Assembly (NCBI GenBank): GCA_963768305.1
Contig: CAVYHE010000008.1
Span: 194,001 to 258,000, forward strand
DNA: 64,000 bases
Direction of reading: 5' to 3'
Source of the DNA: an uncultured bacterium
GTDB lineage: Bacteria > Margulisbacteria > WOR-1 > CAVSGV01
In this document: positions 1 through 9,565 of the stretch, piece after piece
Numbering within the stretch: position 1 is the first letter of the stretch
Layout: each line of letters begins with the position of its first letter
The notes under the pieces: generated by a model
Database searches by the model: none
Seen by the model: the letters and a program-made list of their open reading frames with translations, nothing else
What the model was told of the DNA's origin: nothing
Made by a program: the position numbers and the translations under genes

Positions 1-265
1 ATGTTCGCGATATGATATTTATTGTCCTTCACGACAACGCATGACCCTATGCCGGCCGTTGTCACAGCCGCCTTCGGGGTGCTTGTTAGCGTCCCTATCG
101 CGCCTTCTTTATTTGAACCGTTCACTGCCATTTCCTGTATCCCCCTATATATAATATGTAAGGCCAAAGTGCCCAGAGTTCTATACATATTATATTCGTA
201 TCAACAAAGCCAAAACTTGCATGCAATTTGGCTTGCGCTTAACCTCTTTTAAGCCCTATCAGGCC

Positions 266-1096
266 TTATTCTTCGTCTTTAAATACCTCGTCTTTCAGGA
301 ATTCGTAATCATTAAGCCAGGAATGATCACCGCTCTCAGCGGATCTTTGCGCCAGGTCGCGGAATTCGTCGTTTTTGTCCACATACCACTGGTACGCCCA
401 CGCGAACTTCTCCAGCGGGTTCTCGTCCCAGGGCTGTTTTTTCGACTTACCGTCATCCATTATTATCTCGCCGAACACGTCCTCGTTCCTGGCAAGCGAT
501 TTCATGCTGAACCTGTCGAACAGGTCTTTCCACCTGTCCTTCGGTATCTTTACCAGCTTTGTCGCTATCTGGTACATGCTGTTCCCGGGCGCGAAATACT
601 TCCTGAATTCGGTCATGTTATATCCGCTTTCCGCTATGAATTTCATGAATTTCGCGAATTCCAGGTTGAAATGGTTCACGGCGTGGCCTATCTCATGGGT
701 CAGGACCTCCGGTATCTCCTTTGTCGCCAGGTTATCGAACAGGTAGATCCTCTTGTTGTCGCTGTCATAAGCCCCGCCTGCATGGATAAGAGTTTTCATT
801 AATCTGACCCTTGTTTCCTTGTTCTTCACAATCTGCTTGACCCCTATCAGGTGATGCCTGTGTTTCCTCTTCTTGAACCTTTTCAATATCTCCTCTACAA
901 CGAGAAGCTCCGGCGCGGTGAATTTGCAGTCCGTGTCAAGTATTTCTATGCCGAATTCCGCGGACACCCTTTTGCGGATCGGTATGCCGTCGGGAACGGG
1001 CACAGCGTCCGGCACGGTCTTCGGTGCTATCCTCGGCATGAGGAGCGTGAAGTTCACCGGCGTAGTAAGCGCGCTGTTTATCCGTGAAATTTCCAT
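266..1096 (-). CDS. hypothetical protein with HExxH zinc-metallopeptidase motif (ImmA/IrrE- or SprT-like)
   Basis: 276 aa ORF. It carries a THEIGHAVNH motif preceded by AYDSDNKRIYLFDN, a typical zincin-like active-site context. No other recognisable domain. Confidence 0.45.
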   Translation of the reverse strand: MEISRINSALTTPVNFTLLMPRIAPKTVPDAVPVPDGIPIRKRVSAEFGIEILDTDCKFTAPELLVVEEILKRFKKRKHRHHLIGVKQIVKNKETRVRLMKTLIHAGGAYDSDNKRIYLFDNLATKEIPEVLTHEIGHAVNHFNLEFAKFMKFIAESGYNMTEFRKYFAPGNSMYQIATKLVKIPKDRWKDLFDRFSMKSLARNEDVFGEIIMDDGKSKKQPWDENPLEKFAWAYQWYVDKNDEFRDLAQRSAESGDHSWLNDYEFLKDEVFKDEE

Positions 1097-1158
1097 AGTT
1101 CACCTATATATTTATCGAGATAAATAGGAGAAAACTTGCGGTCTTTAAATTGAAGGCC

Positions 1159-3594
1159 CTATTTCATTAACCAGGGATTTGGATATGACTGGGTCACCTT
1201 CTCGGGACTTTTCCCGCTTGTTTCCGATTTTCCCGGGGTCGGCGTCAATTGGCTGCCGTATTTCATGGCCCAAGGTATCGCATATGGCAAGGTGATCTTT
1301 TTAAGATGTTTTTTTGCCGCTCCCGGCTCCCCCTGAAGCAATGCTATTTGCCACAATCTGCTATAAACCTCTAAAAGCCTTTCGGATGCGGGAAAATCAT
1401 GAACGATAGATTCCAGCTTTGCTTTAGCCGCGTTATAATTTTCCTGCCCGATCAATATATCCGCCTGATGAAGCTTTGCCGTATCCGCCCACCGCGCTCG
1501 GGGAAATTTGTCGATAGCTTCCTGGTACACGGAATAAGATTCTCCGTTCGCAGCATGGCTAAAACGATTGTAATGCTCGTCGTCAAAGGCTTCCAGATTG
1601 CCTCCAAATTCGCCGCCTCCTTTATCCCATGTCATATCGATCGGGATAAGGGTAATTCCATCTCCTGCAACATCGAACAATACATTCCAAATATGGACGC
1701 TATTGGACATCGTTCCGGAATAAACATTTTTGAGGTTTGGATTCACATCCCTTATGCATTCGAACAGGGCGCTGAATACAGGAGTAAAATTACGGCAAAC
1801 TCCGACCCTATTCATGATCTTTTCTTCAATGGAAATATGGGGGAGGTCCGCCTTGGCGGTATCATCCTCGTAATTCATGATATATTCGGTCAACCTCGCA
1901 GCGAATAAGATCGCTTCTTTCGCGGATAATCTAGACAGATCTTCGCGGTAATGCCCCTGGACCCATCTTCGCAGATTATTTCTATCTGCAATATAATAAG
2001 AATCCTTATGGTCCAGAAGGATCTTAAGTTCAGGTCCGGTTTTGATCTTAACAGAAGGAACGGAAGGTTCATATTCAGAAAAGGTCGACGGGCAAACGGG
2101 CTTGCCGTCGATACTGGCATCGCGCCCGCCTTCGATATCCGCGTATAAATTCATTTGAAGCAGCTGTTTCTTGTAAATTGCGCCGTCGCTCTCACTGGGA
2201 GGGATCTCCTTTATTATCTTTTGCAGGCATTCCCGGGATTTTTCATAGTTTTCCTCATATACAAATACGTCCAGGGAAGCCTTTAAGCTTTCCATGCTGT
2301 AGGGAAAAACGTTTTGCATGATATTCAGGTTATTCTTGTATTCATCCCAGATCTGCCTGATCTGGGACGCAAGATCATCTTTTTCGTGAAGCATCAATAA
2401 ATTGGAATAGCAATTATTAAGGATCAGCATGGCGTCCAGGCTGGATGGCCTGCGTTCAAGGATCTTTTTGGAAACAAGGACGGCATTGTCATAATCGCTT
2501 ATTGAAGTTGATGGATGAGATGGATGATATGAATATGCTGTTGCCAGCGATATCATCGCATCCACTGTAAGAGGTTTTATCTGTTCCGCGTTTTTTAGAT
2601 CATCTATGGCAGCAAGATATTTCCCGCCTGCCAGATCTATGGTTCCCCGTAAAATATAATATTCAGATCTTTCGTCAAGCGTGGAATGGTCATCGATAGA
2701 AGAAGCATGTTTCAATTCGTTATATATTTTAAGCGCCTTGGGATAATTTTCTTTTTCACCTGAATCGTAATAGGACTGGGCAAGCGCCGTCAAAAGGGCG
2801 CTGTTTTTCGGATCAATGGTCTTTAGCCCATTATTGAAAGTATTTATAGCTTCTTTGTAATTGCCGATCTCGCGGTAAATTCTTCCCAATGCCAGAACGG
2901 CGTCGATATTATCCGGGTCCGACTGGCGCGCGCTCTTATAATTATTGATAGCCGATCCAATATCACCTTCTTTTTCGAAGATCTGCCCAAGGGTGTAATG
3001 CGATTCGGGGTCTTCCGATCCGCCGGCCAGATCTTTTAACGCTATTTCTTTCGCTTTTGCAAAAACCGCATTCGCATTTTCATATTCACCCATATCATAA
3101 AGCACGTTACCTTTCATAAAAATGGCATTCAGGTCCTCCGGATAATTTTTTAAGACGCCGTTATATATTTCCAGCGCTTTTTCCAGGTTACCTTTAAGAT
3201 ATTCTATGTTCCCCAGACCAAGATCCCCTGTGATATTACCGGAAAACACCGATTTGATCCTGTTAAATACCTCTTCAGCTTTTTCATACTGCCGGGCATC
3301 CAAGTATGATTCGGCGAGCTGAAAAAGATGAACATTTTCCTTGCCGGCATTCAATTTATTAAGCAATATCCCCGCTTCCGCGGTCTTTCCCAGTCTTATT
3401 AGTTCCTGCAACCTGGAAATATTACCCGGGATGTCATTTGTCCGGACAATGGTCGAAGGATCAACGGGAGGAGAAATATAAACTGAGCCTGTGGCAGGCG
3501 GAATTTTTGCGGCTTTTTTTTGCAGACTTGCAATCATCTCAACCGGTTTTGTTTTAACTGAAACTCTTGATGTCGTTGTTCCCTCAGGCTTCAT
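1159..3594 (-). CDS. TPR-repeat protein with C-terminal transglutaminase-like cysteine protease domain
   Basis: 811 aa. The N-terminal half has many TPR-like repeats (for example YYILRG, LALGRIYREIGNYKEA). The C-terminus has a Cys-His-Asp triad context (GVCRNFTPVFSALF, HIWNVLFD, IPIDMTWD) typical of the transglutaminase-like superfamily. Confidence 0.7.
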   Translation of the reverse strand: MKPEGTTTSRVSVKTKPVEMIASLQKKAAKIPPATGSVYISPPVDPSTIVRTNDIPGNISRLQELIRLGKTAEAGILLNKLNAGKENVHLFQLAESYLDARQYEKAEEVFNRIKSVFSGNITGDLGLGNIEYLKGNLEKALEIYNGVLKNYPEDLNAIFMKGNVLYDMGEYENANAVFAKAKEIALKDLAGGSEDPESHYTLGQIFEKEGDIGSAINNYKSARQSDPDNIDAVLALGRIYREIGNYKEAINTFNNGLKTIDPKNSALLTALAQSYYDSGEKENYPKALKIYNELKHASSIDDHSTLDERSEYYILRGTIDLAGGKYLAAIDDLKNAEQIKPLTVDAMISLATAYSYHPSHPSTSISDYDNAVLVSKKILERRPSSLDAMLILNNCYSNLLMLHEKDDLASQIRQIWDEYKNNLNIMQNVFPYSMESLKASLDVFVYEENYEKSRECLQKIIKEIPPSESDGAIYKKQLLQMNLYADIEGGRDASIDGKPVCPSTFSEYEPSVPSVKIKTGPELKILLDHKDSYYIADRNNLRRWVQGHYREDLSRLSAKEAILFAARLTEYIMNYEDDTAKADLPHISIEEKIMNRVGVCRNFTPVFSALFECIRDVNPNLKNVYSGTMSNSVHIWNVLFDVAGDGITLIPIDMTWDKGGGEFGGNLEAFDDEHYNRFSHAANGESYSVYQEAIDKFPRARWADTAKLHQADILIGQENYNAAKAKLESIVHDFPASERLLEVYSRLWQIALLQGEPGAAKKHLKKITLPYAIPWAMKYGSQLTPTPGKSETSGKSPEKVTQSYPNPWLMK

Positions 3595-3688
3595 TTATGC
3601 TCCTTTAAATAAAAAAATACTATTCAGCGAACACAAGAATTCCCCTACATATATATATATCGAAGGAAAGAGATGAAAACTTGCGGGG

Positions 3689-4543
3689 CTACTTTACAAG
3701 CATTGTCCCGATACCGCGGGTGGTGAATATCTCCAGTAGCAGTGCATGGGGAAGTTTCCCGTCGATTATATGGACCCGCCCGACGCCTGAGGAAATGGCA
3801 TCCAGGCCGTAGCTTACCTTAGGTATCATCCCGCCGGATATTACGCCTTTTTTTATCATGGACCTGGCGCTCTCGGAATTGATCTCGGGAATAAGCTTCC
3901 CGTCCTTGTTCAATACTCCCGCCACGTCGGTCATCAATATGAATTTATCGGCTCCGAGCATCTTCGCGATGGCGGAAGCAGCCGTATCGGCGTTGATATT
4001 GTAAAGCTTATTATCTGGACCCACGCCTATCGAAGAAATAACGGGAATCTTGCCTTTTTTAAGGGTTTTCAATATCTTCGACTTTTTGATCCTGTCCACC
4101 TCGCCGACATAACCGATGTCCACTTTGCCGTTCACGAGAAGCTTTTTCGCCTTTATAAGCGCTCCCCTTCTGCCGGAAAATTGTACCGGAAAGCCGCCGT
4201 GGCTTTTTATGAGTTTCGTTATCTCGGAATTGACCCGCGAAAGCGAGCGGTCGACTATCTTCATTGTTTCCGGCCCGGTCTTCCTGAAACCCATGACGAA
4301 TTCGACCTTGATCTTCTTCTTTTCCAGCATCTTATTTATCTCTTTGCCGCCGCCGTGGACAAGGATCACTTTTATGCCGACAAGGTTCAGAAGGACTATG
4401 TCCTGGATCACCTTGTCCTTTAATTCCGGATTAGTCATCGCGGCTCCGCCGTATTTCACCACAAAAAGCTTGCCGTGGAACTTCCTCAAATAAGGAAGCG
4501 CCTCGATCACGGTCTCAGCCCTTTTTATCAGAAATTTATACAT
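3689..4543 (-). CDS. argB: acetylglutamate kinase
   Basis: 284 aa. Carries the amino-acid-kinase motifs VVKYGGAAM and VLVHGGG, and sits directly downstream of argJ. Confidence 0.9.
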   Translation of the reverse strand: MYKFLIKRAETVIEALPYLRKFHGKLFVVKYGGAAMTNPELKDKVIQDIVLLNLVGIKVILVHGGGKEINKMLEKKKIKVEFVMGFRKTGPETMKIVDRSLSRVNSEITKLIKSHGGFPVQFSGRRGALIKAKKLLVNGKVDIGYVGEVDRIKKSKILKTLKKGKIPVISSIGVGPDNKLYNINADTAASAIAKMLGADKFILMTDVAGVLNKDGKLIPEINSESARSMIKKGVISGGMIPKVSYGLDAISSGVGRVHIIDGKLPHALLLEIFTTRGIGTMLVK

Positions 4544-4611
4544 TTATACTCCTTGCTTACAGCTTACGGCAAACGGCTTACAGCTGTTAGCCGTGAGCTG
4601 TGTGCCGTTAG

Positions 4612-5808
4612 CTAGGTGGTGTACTCCGCGTTTATCTTCACATAATCATACGTCAGGTCGCAGCCCCAGGCCGTTGCGCTGCTTTTGCCCCTTCCGAGAT
4701 TAATGTTGATAACGACTTCATTGCCCTTCAACTGTTTAGCGGCTTCGGTCTTGCTGCTGAGCACTGCCCTGCCATGGTTAACCACGTGCGTGTGGCCGAT
4801 AAAAACATCCACTTTATCCTGCCTGATATCCGCGCCGGAATATCCTATCGCCGCCATTATGCGGCCGAAATTCGGGTCCTCGCCGAATATCGCCGATTTG
4901 ACCAGGTCGGAACCCGCGACGGCTTTCGCGGCAAGCCTCGCATCATTCATTGATTTCGCTCCGGCGACACGAACCTCGATCAATTTGGTCGCCCCTTCTC
5001 CGTCCCTGGCTATCTCCTTGGCCAGATAAGTACAGACAAAAAGCAGCGCGTGCTTAAAATCATTCTCGTCTTTCCATATCAGCGGCCTGTTCTTTGCCAT
5101 TCCGTTAGCCAGGATAAAAACGCAGTCATTCGTGGACATGTCCCTGTCCACGACGGCCATGTTGAACGTCTTGCTCACTGCTTCCTTAAGATATAATTTC
5201 AGGATGATCGCTGGAATAGCCGCGTCGGTCGTGATGAACGCGAGCATTGTCGCCATGTTCGGCGCTATCATGCCCGAGCCCTTAGCGATCCCGCCGATAG
5301 TTATCACTTTTCCGCCGGCCTTTATCTGGACCGCTATTTCTTTTCGGCGTGTGTCGGTGGTCAATATAGCATCGGCCGCATCTCCTCCGCCGTCCTTGGA
5401 TAGCTGTCTAGAAAGCGTCCTTATGCCTGTAAGCACATTTGTCACCGGCAACCTGTAGCCGATCGATCCCGTGGACGCCAGCATGACATCGCCGTAATGG
5501 ATATTGAGAGCGCTGGCGACAGCTTTTCCCGTCAGCCGCGCGTCATCGATCCCATCATTACCGGTGCATGCGTTCGCGCAGCCGGAATTCGCCAGTATCG
5601 CGCGCGCCTTTAAGTTCCAGATATTCTCCATGGTAACAAGAACGGGAGCCGCTTTAACCTTATTTGTTGTGAATACAGCTGCCGCATTCGAGAGGACTTC
5701 GGAACATATCAGGGCAAGGTCCTTTTTACCGGATCTTTTTATCCCGCAGTGCATGCCCGCCGCCTTAAAGCCCTTCGGGGCCGTTATCCCGCCTCTGACT
5801 TTTTTCAT
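4612..5808 (-). CDS. argJ: bifunctional glutamate N-acetyltransferase / ornithine acetyltransferase
   Basis: ArgJ motifs GFKAAGMHCGIK and ATMLAFITTDA are present. The ORF track extends the ORF to 5973, overlapping argC. The true start is the ATG at 5806-5808 (MKKVRGGITAPKGF), which shares one base with the argC stop (TAATG). Confidence 0.88.
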   Translation of the reverse strand: MKKVRGGITAPKGFKAAGMHCGIKRSGKKDLALICSEVLSNAAAVFTTNKVKAAPVLVTMENIWNLKARAILANSGCANACTGNDGIDDARLTGKAVASALNIHYGDVMLASTGSIGYRLPVTNVLTGIRTLSRQLSKDGGGDAADAILTTDTRRKEIAVQIKAGGKVITIGGIAKGSGMIAPNMATMLAFITTDAAIPAIILKLYLKEAVSKTFNMAVVDRDMSTNDCVFILANGMAKNRPLIWKDENDFKHALLFVCTYLAKEIARDGEGATKLIEVRVAGAKSMNDARLAAKAVAGSDLVKSAIFGEDPNFGRIMAAIGYSGADIRQDKVDVFIGHTHVVNHGRAVLSSKTEAAKQLKGNEVVININLGRGKSSATAWGCDLTYDYVKINAEYTT

Positions 5809-6824
5809 TACGGATATACCGGCAGGAGCATCAGCCCGGCCGTTTCCTCCAGTCCGTACATTATGTTCATGTTCTGGACAGCCTGGCCGGATGCGCCCTT
5901 GATAAGGTTGTCTATCGCTGACAGGACTATGATGTTGTTCGCGCGCTTGTCGTATTTGACCGCTATGTCGCAATAATTTGACCCGTAAACGTATTTCGTG
6001 GACGGTTCTTTATCGGTTATGCGGATGAAGGGCTTTCCCTTATAGATATTCCGATAAATTTCGTAAAGCTTTTTTTCATCGACCGGCCTTTTTGCCTTGG
6101 CATAAATGGTAGCGAATATTCCCCTCGTCATGGGAATATAATGAGGAGTGAAAGTGATCTTGATCCCGCCGCCGACCGCGTTCTCGATCTCAGGAGTGTG
6201 ACGGTGCAATGCAATCTTATACGCGGAAACCCCTTCATTGCAATTAGGAAAATGAGTGGCATCGGTAAGCGCCTTTCCAGCTCCTGATATCCCTGATTTG
6301 GCGTCTATTACCACACTGTTGGGCTCAATCAATCCTTCCTTAATGAGCGGGTAAAGCGCCAGCGAAGAGGCTGTCGCATAACAGCCGGGGTTCGCGACCA
6401 GCCTTGCGCCCTTAACGTTATTGATCTCAGGAAGCCCGTAAGCAGCACTGCTTAAAAGGTTCTTGCTTGTATGGTCCATCTTGTACCATTCCTTGAAAAT
6501 GGAAGCGTCCTTAAAGCGGAAATCCGCGCTGAGGTCTATCACTTTCGCTCCGGCATCAAGAATTTTCGGAGCAAGGTTCATCGCCATTCCGTTCGGAAGA
6601 GCGAGGAACAAGACATCCGCTTTTGAAGCGAGCTTATCGATGTCCGGCGCCAGGTAGGGAATGTCCAGGATACTTTTCAAGTGAGGATAAACATCGGAGA
6701 TCTTCTCGCCCTTGTGAGACTCGGAAGTGACAAAAACAAGCTCCACATCAGGATGCTGCTGAAGCAGTCCCGCAAGGATGATGCCGGTGTAACCGGAGCC
6801 GCCAACTATGCCTGCTTTTACCAT
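5808..6824 (-). CDS. argC: N-acetyl-gamma-glutamyl-phosphate reductase
   Basis: 338 aa. N-terminal MVKAGIVGGSGYTG Rossmann motif with an ArgC-like catalytic Cys region. Gene order argC-argJ-argB. Confidence 0.9.
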   Translation of the reverse strand: MVKAGIVGGSGYTGIILAGLLQQHPDVELVFVTSESHKGEKISDVYPHLKSILDIPYLAPDIDKLASKADVLFLALPNGMAMNLAPKILDAGAKVIDLSADFRFKDASIFKEWYKMDHTSKNLLSSAAYGLPEINNVKGARLVANPGCYATASSLALYPLIKEGLIEPNSVVIDAKSGISGAGKALTDATHFPNCNEGVSAYKIALHRHTPEIENAVGGGIKITFTPHYIPMTRGIFATIYAKAKRPVDEKKLYEIYRNIYKGKPFIRITDKEPSTKYVYGSNYCDIAVKYDKRANNIIVLSAIDNLIKGASGQAVQNMNIMYGLEETAGLMLLPVYP

Positions 6825-6834
6825 ATTATTCTCC

Positions 6835-7341
6835 TTAATGATAACGTTTCACGCAAAACTTTTCGATGCTTACGGGTTCATTTTCCCGGATGCCCGCTTT
6901 TTGCCTGCAGATATTTATCTGCTGCTCCGCGGTATCCACGCCTTCCAGGTCGGGAAGCAAAAGCCCGCGCTTCATCCCGCAACTTACTATTATACCGTAC
7001 TTTTTCGGATCGAGCTCACTGATATTTGCCGGCTCCGGCAAGGTAAGCACGTCCACCGATATCTCGAGTCTCGGTATTTCTTCCGCCTCTACCGGCGGGA
7101 ATCTCGGATCATCGGTTGCCGCATGAATGGCATTAGCGATGATCTCCCCGGCAATGTTTTGTTTCGTAGGAAGGAAAGTGCCTATGCAGCCCCGGAGCAT
7201 GCCGTTCTTGTGTAGCGAAACAAAAACCCCTGCGCGGTCTTTTAATTCAGTAGGCAGGTCCGAAGGAATGTCGATCTTTTTCCCTTTATTGATAAAAGCC
7301 TCAATGGCTTTTTTGGCTAATTCAACCTGCGGGCTTGACAT
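6835..7341 (-). CDS. AMMECR1 domain protein (AmmeMemoRadiSam system protein A-like)
   Basis: Conserved RGCIG motif (LRGCIGTF). The likely start is M at 7341 (MSSPQVELAKKAIEAF). The longer ORF in the track overlaps the upstream gene. Confidence 0.8.
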   Translation of the reverse strand: MSSPQVELAKKAIEAFINKGKKIDIPSDLPTELKDRAGVFVSLHKNGMLRGCIGTFLPTKQNIAGEIIANAIHAATDDPRFPPVEAEEIPRLEISVDVLTLPEPANISELDPKKYGIIVSCGMKRGLLLPDLEGVDTAEQQINICRQKAGIRENEPVSIEKFCVKRYH

Positions 7342-8101
7342 CAAAAGCAGCCACCATGTATCCCACGCCGAACGGCCCCTCATATGAAAGGACCTCGGAC
7401 ACGACATCCAGGCCGTTGAGCGCGCCCATGAGCATGATTATGGACCTTAACCCGCATTCGCCCGCGGCTTCTATCATGTTCGGGTCCATTTTCAGTATGC
7501 CTTCGGCGTTATTCTCCCCTACCAGCCTGACTATCTCTCCGTCGAATTTTTTGCCTTCAGCGTTGAAGCCTGCCGGGGCATCGGGAGTTAATCTGTGGGA
7601 CATGTCTCCGCTGGCTATCACCGCCACTTTCCTGCCGAGATTATCCGATGCTATCCTTATCGTCTCGCCGAAATTGAAAAGGACGTCGTAAGGGAGCATT
7701 GCCAAAGCGATCGGTACTATCGGCTTTTTAAAACCCGCCACGGTCGGATAATACAGCGGAACAATTACGCCGTGGTCAAGCAGTGTTTCAGCGATATGCG
7801 ATACTTCGATATTCTTATTTCTTGCGGTCTTGATTATCTCATTTCCAAGGAGTGGATCTCCCTTAAACGAGAACACCGGCTTGTCGGCGCCGAAATAGCT
7901 GAGATTGCCCTCGAACACATGGTTCACATAGACCGGGACGGAGACCTGGGAAACATTCCCGTGGGGAGTTATGATGACGACAGAGTCGATATCTTTCGCT
8001 TTAAGCCTTCTACCGATCTCTTCCATGGCTTTTTTTGTTTTGCTGACCTCGGCTACCCGGTTTCCGCCGACCGCGGGGACAATAACGGGAGGATGGGGCA
8101 T
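7322..8101 (-). CDS. Memo-like / class III extradiol dioxygenase-fold protein (AmmeMemoRadiSam system protein B-like)
   Basis: Starts MPHPPVIVPAVGG (ATG at 8099-8101). Contains an ASGDMSHRL metal-binding-type motif. Sits immediately upstream of the AMMECR1 gene with a 20-nt overlap. The N-terminal 87 aa of the tracked ORF are probably not translated. Confidence 0.7.
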   Translation of the reverse strand: MPHPPVIVPAVGGNRVAEVSKTKKAMEEIGRRLKAKDIDSVVIITPHGNVSQVSVPVYVNHVFEGNLSYFGADKPVFSFKGDPLLGNEIIKTARNKNIEVSHIAETLLDHGVIVPLYYPTVAGFKKPIVPIALAMLPYDVLFNFGETIRIASDNLGRKVAVIASGDMSHRLTPDAPAGFNAEGKKFDGEIVRLVGENNAEGILKMDPNMIEAAGECGLRSIIMLMGALNGLDVVSEVLSYEGPFGVGYMVAAFDVKPAG

Positions 8102-8192
8102 GATGGACCCGAAAACTATCGGCAAATAACGCACCCGCCTTTCACGGCTATGATATAATATTCCAAGTTCAACTTCAATAGTTAGGGGTTTT

Positions 8193-9564
8193 ATGACATT
8201 AAAAATAAGCATTTCCGGGATCCGCGGGATAAGCGGGGATTCTCTGACGGACGAGGTCGTTTCCGATTTTTCAAAAGCGTTCGCATCCTTCATTAAAAAA
8301 GGGATCATCGTGATCGGCCGCGATCCCAGGCCTTCCGGCGAAAAGATAAAGGACATATTCATTTTAGATCTGAATTCCCTCGGCTTGGACGTTATCTACC
8401 TAGGCATCTGCCCCACGCCCACCGTCCAGTTCATGGTGAAGCATCTTAAAGCCGACGGCGGAGTGGTGATCACCGCCAGCCACAATCCAGCGCAATGGAA
8501 CGGCCTTAAATTCGTGAGAAAAGATGGCATCTTTTTGAACGCGGATGAGGCTGGAAGACTTGTCAGGTCATATGAGGAAAAGAAATTCATATCTTCTGAA
8601 AAACGGGGCAGCGTGAAGATACAAGAATCACCTTTAGAGCCGCATATCAATAAAGTTCTTCAATGCGTGGATGTTCAGTCGATAATCAAAAAGAAATTCA
8701 AGGTGGCCATCGACAGCTGCAACGGCGCAGGCTCGACGATTACGGTCAAGCTTTTGAAAAAACTGGGCTGCGATGTCGTCGAATTGAACACAAAAGAGAA
8801 CGGGGCTTTCCCCCATAATCCGGAGCCTATCCCTGAAAATTTGACGGGTCTGTGCAGCAAGGTCAGGGAAAGCCAAGCTGATATTGGGTTTGCCCAGGAT
8901 GCTGACGCGGACCGGTTGGCTATCGTAACCGAAAAAGGAGAAGCCCCCGGAGAAGAATATACTTTAGCAATTGCTGCCAACCACATATTGGAAAAACTAC
9001 AAACTCAAAGCTCAAAGTCCAAAGCTCAAAATAAGCTCAAAATCCCAAATCCAAAAATTGTCACTAATTTATCTACTAGTATGATGGTTGACGATATTGC
9101 AAAAAAATACGGGGCTAAAGTCATCAGGACAAAGGTCGGCGAGGTGAATGTCGCGGAGGAAATGGTGGAACAAAAGGCCGTGATCGGCGGGGAAGGCAAT
9201 GGCGGCGTGATGTATCCCATCATCGGATACGACCGCGACAGCTTGATCGGTATAGCGCTTATCCTTGAAGCACTTGCGGCATCGGACAAGACCATTTCCG
9301 ATATCATTGATTCGCTGCCGAAATATTCGATCGTAAAAAAGAAGGTCGATTGTTCATCAAAGGCTGAAGTTGATTCATTGTTAAGACAAGGTTGGGACGA
9401 AATTCGCGGGAGAAAAGCTTGATCTCACGGAAGGGATAAAAGTGATATTCAAGAACGCCTGGGTCCACGTGAGGGCCTCGAATACCGAGCCGGTGGTCAG
9501 GATAATCGCCGAAGCTGAGACAAAAGAAAAAGCGATGGAATTGATAAAAAAGGCTATCGATTAA
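8193..9564 (+). CDS. glmM: phosphoglucosamine mutase / phosphohexomutase (frameshifted)
   Basis: TASHNP phosphoserine-loop motif and a GEGNGG sugar-binding loop are present. The conserved C-terminal domain (KLDLTEGIKVIFKNAWVHVRASNTEPVVRIIAEAE) lies in the +1 frame after about 9408. A single-base insertion in GGGAGAAAAG splits the gene. Confidence 0.8.
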
Positions 9565-9565
9565 C

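Noticed and set aside
22-802. Plus-strand ORFs at the window start (22-252, 221-802)
   Set aside because: 221-802 is antisense to the HExxH-protein gene. 22-252 has no start context and an unusual composition. It may be intergenic or the tail of an unseen gene.
1081-1100. GTGAAATTTCC resembling the -35 part of the SigD-type motif
   Set aside because: It is simply the reverse complement of the start codon region (ATG GAA ATT TCA CGG) of the HExxH gene. No CGATAA follows at the required spacing.
5809-5973. N-terminal 55-aa extension of the argJ ORF in the track (MRHSGQIRQ...)
   Set aside because: It overlaps the 3' end of argC in another frame. The conserved ArgJ sequence begins at MKKVRGGITAPKGF with an ATG sharing one base with the argC stop, a classic coupled overlap.
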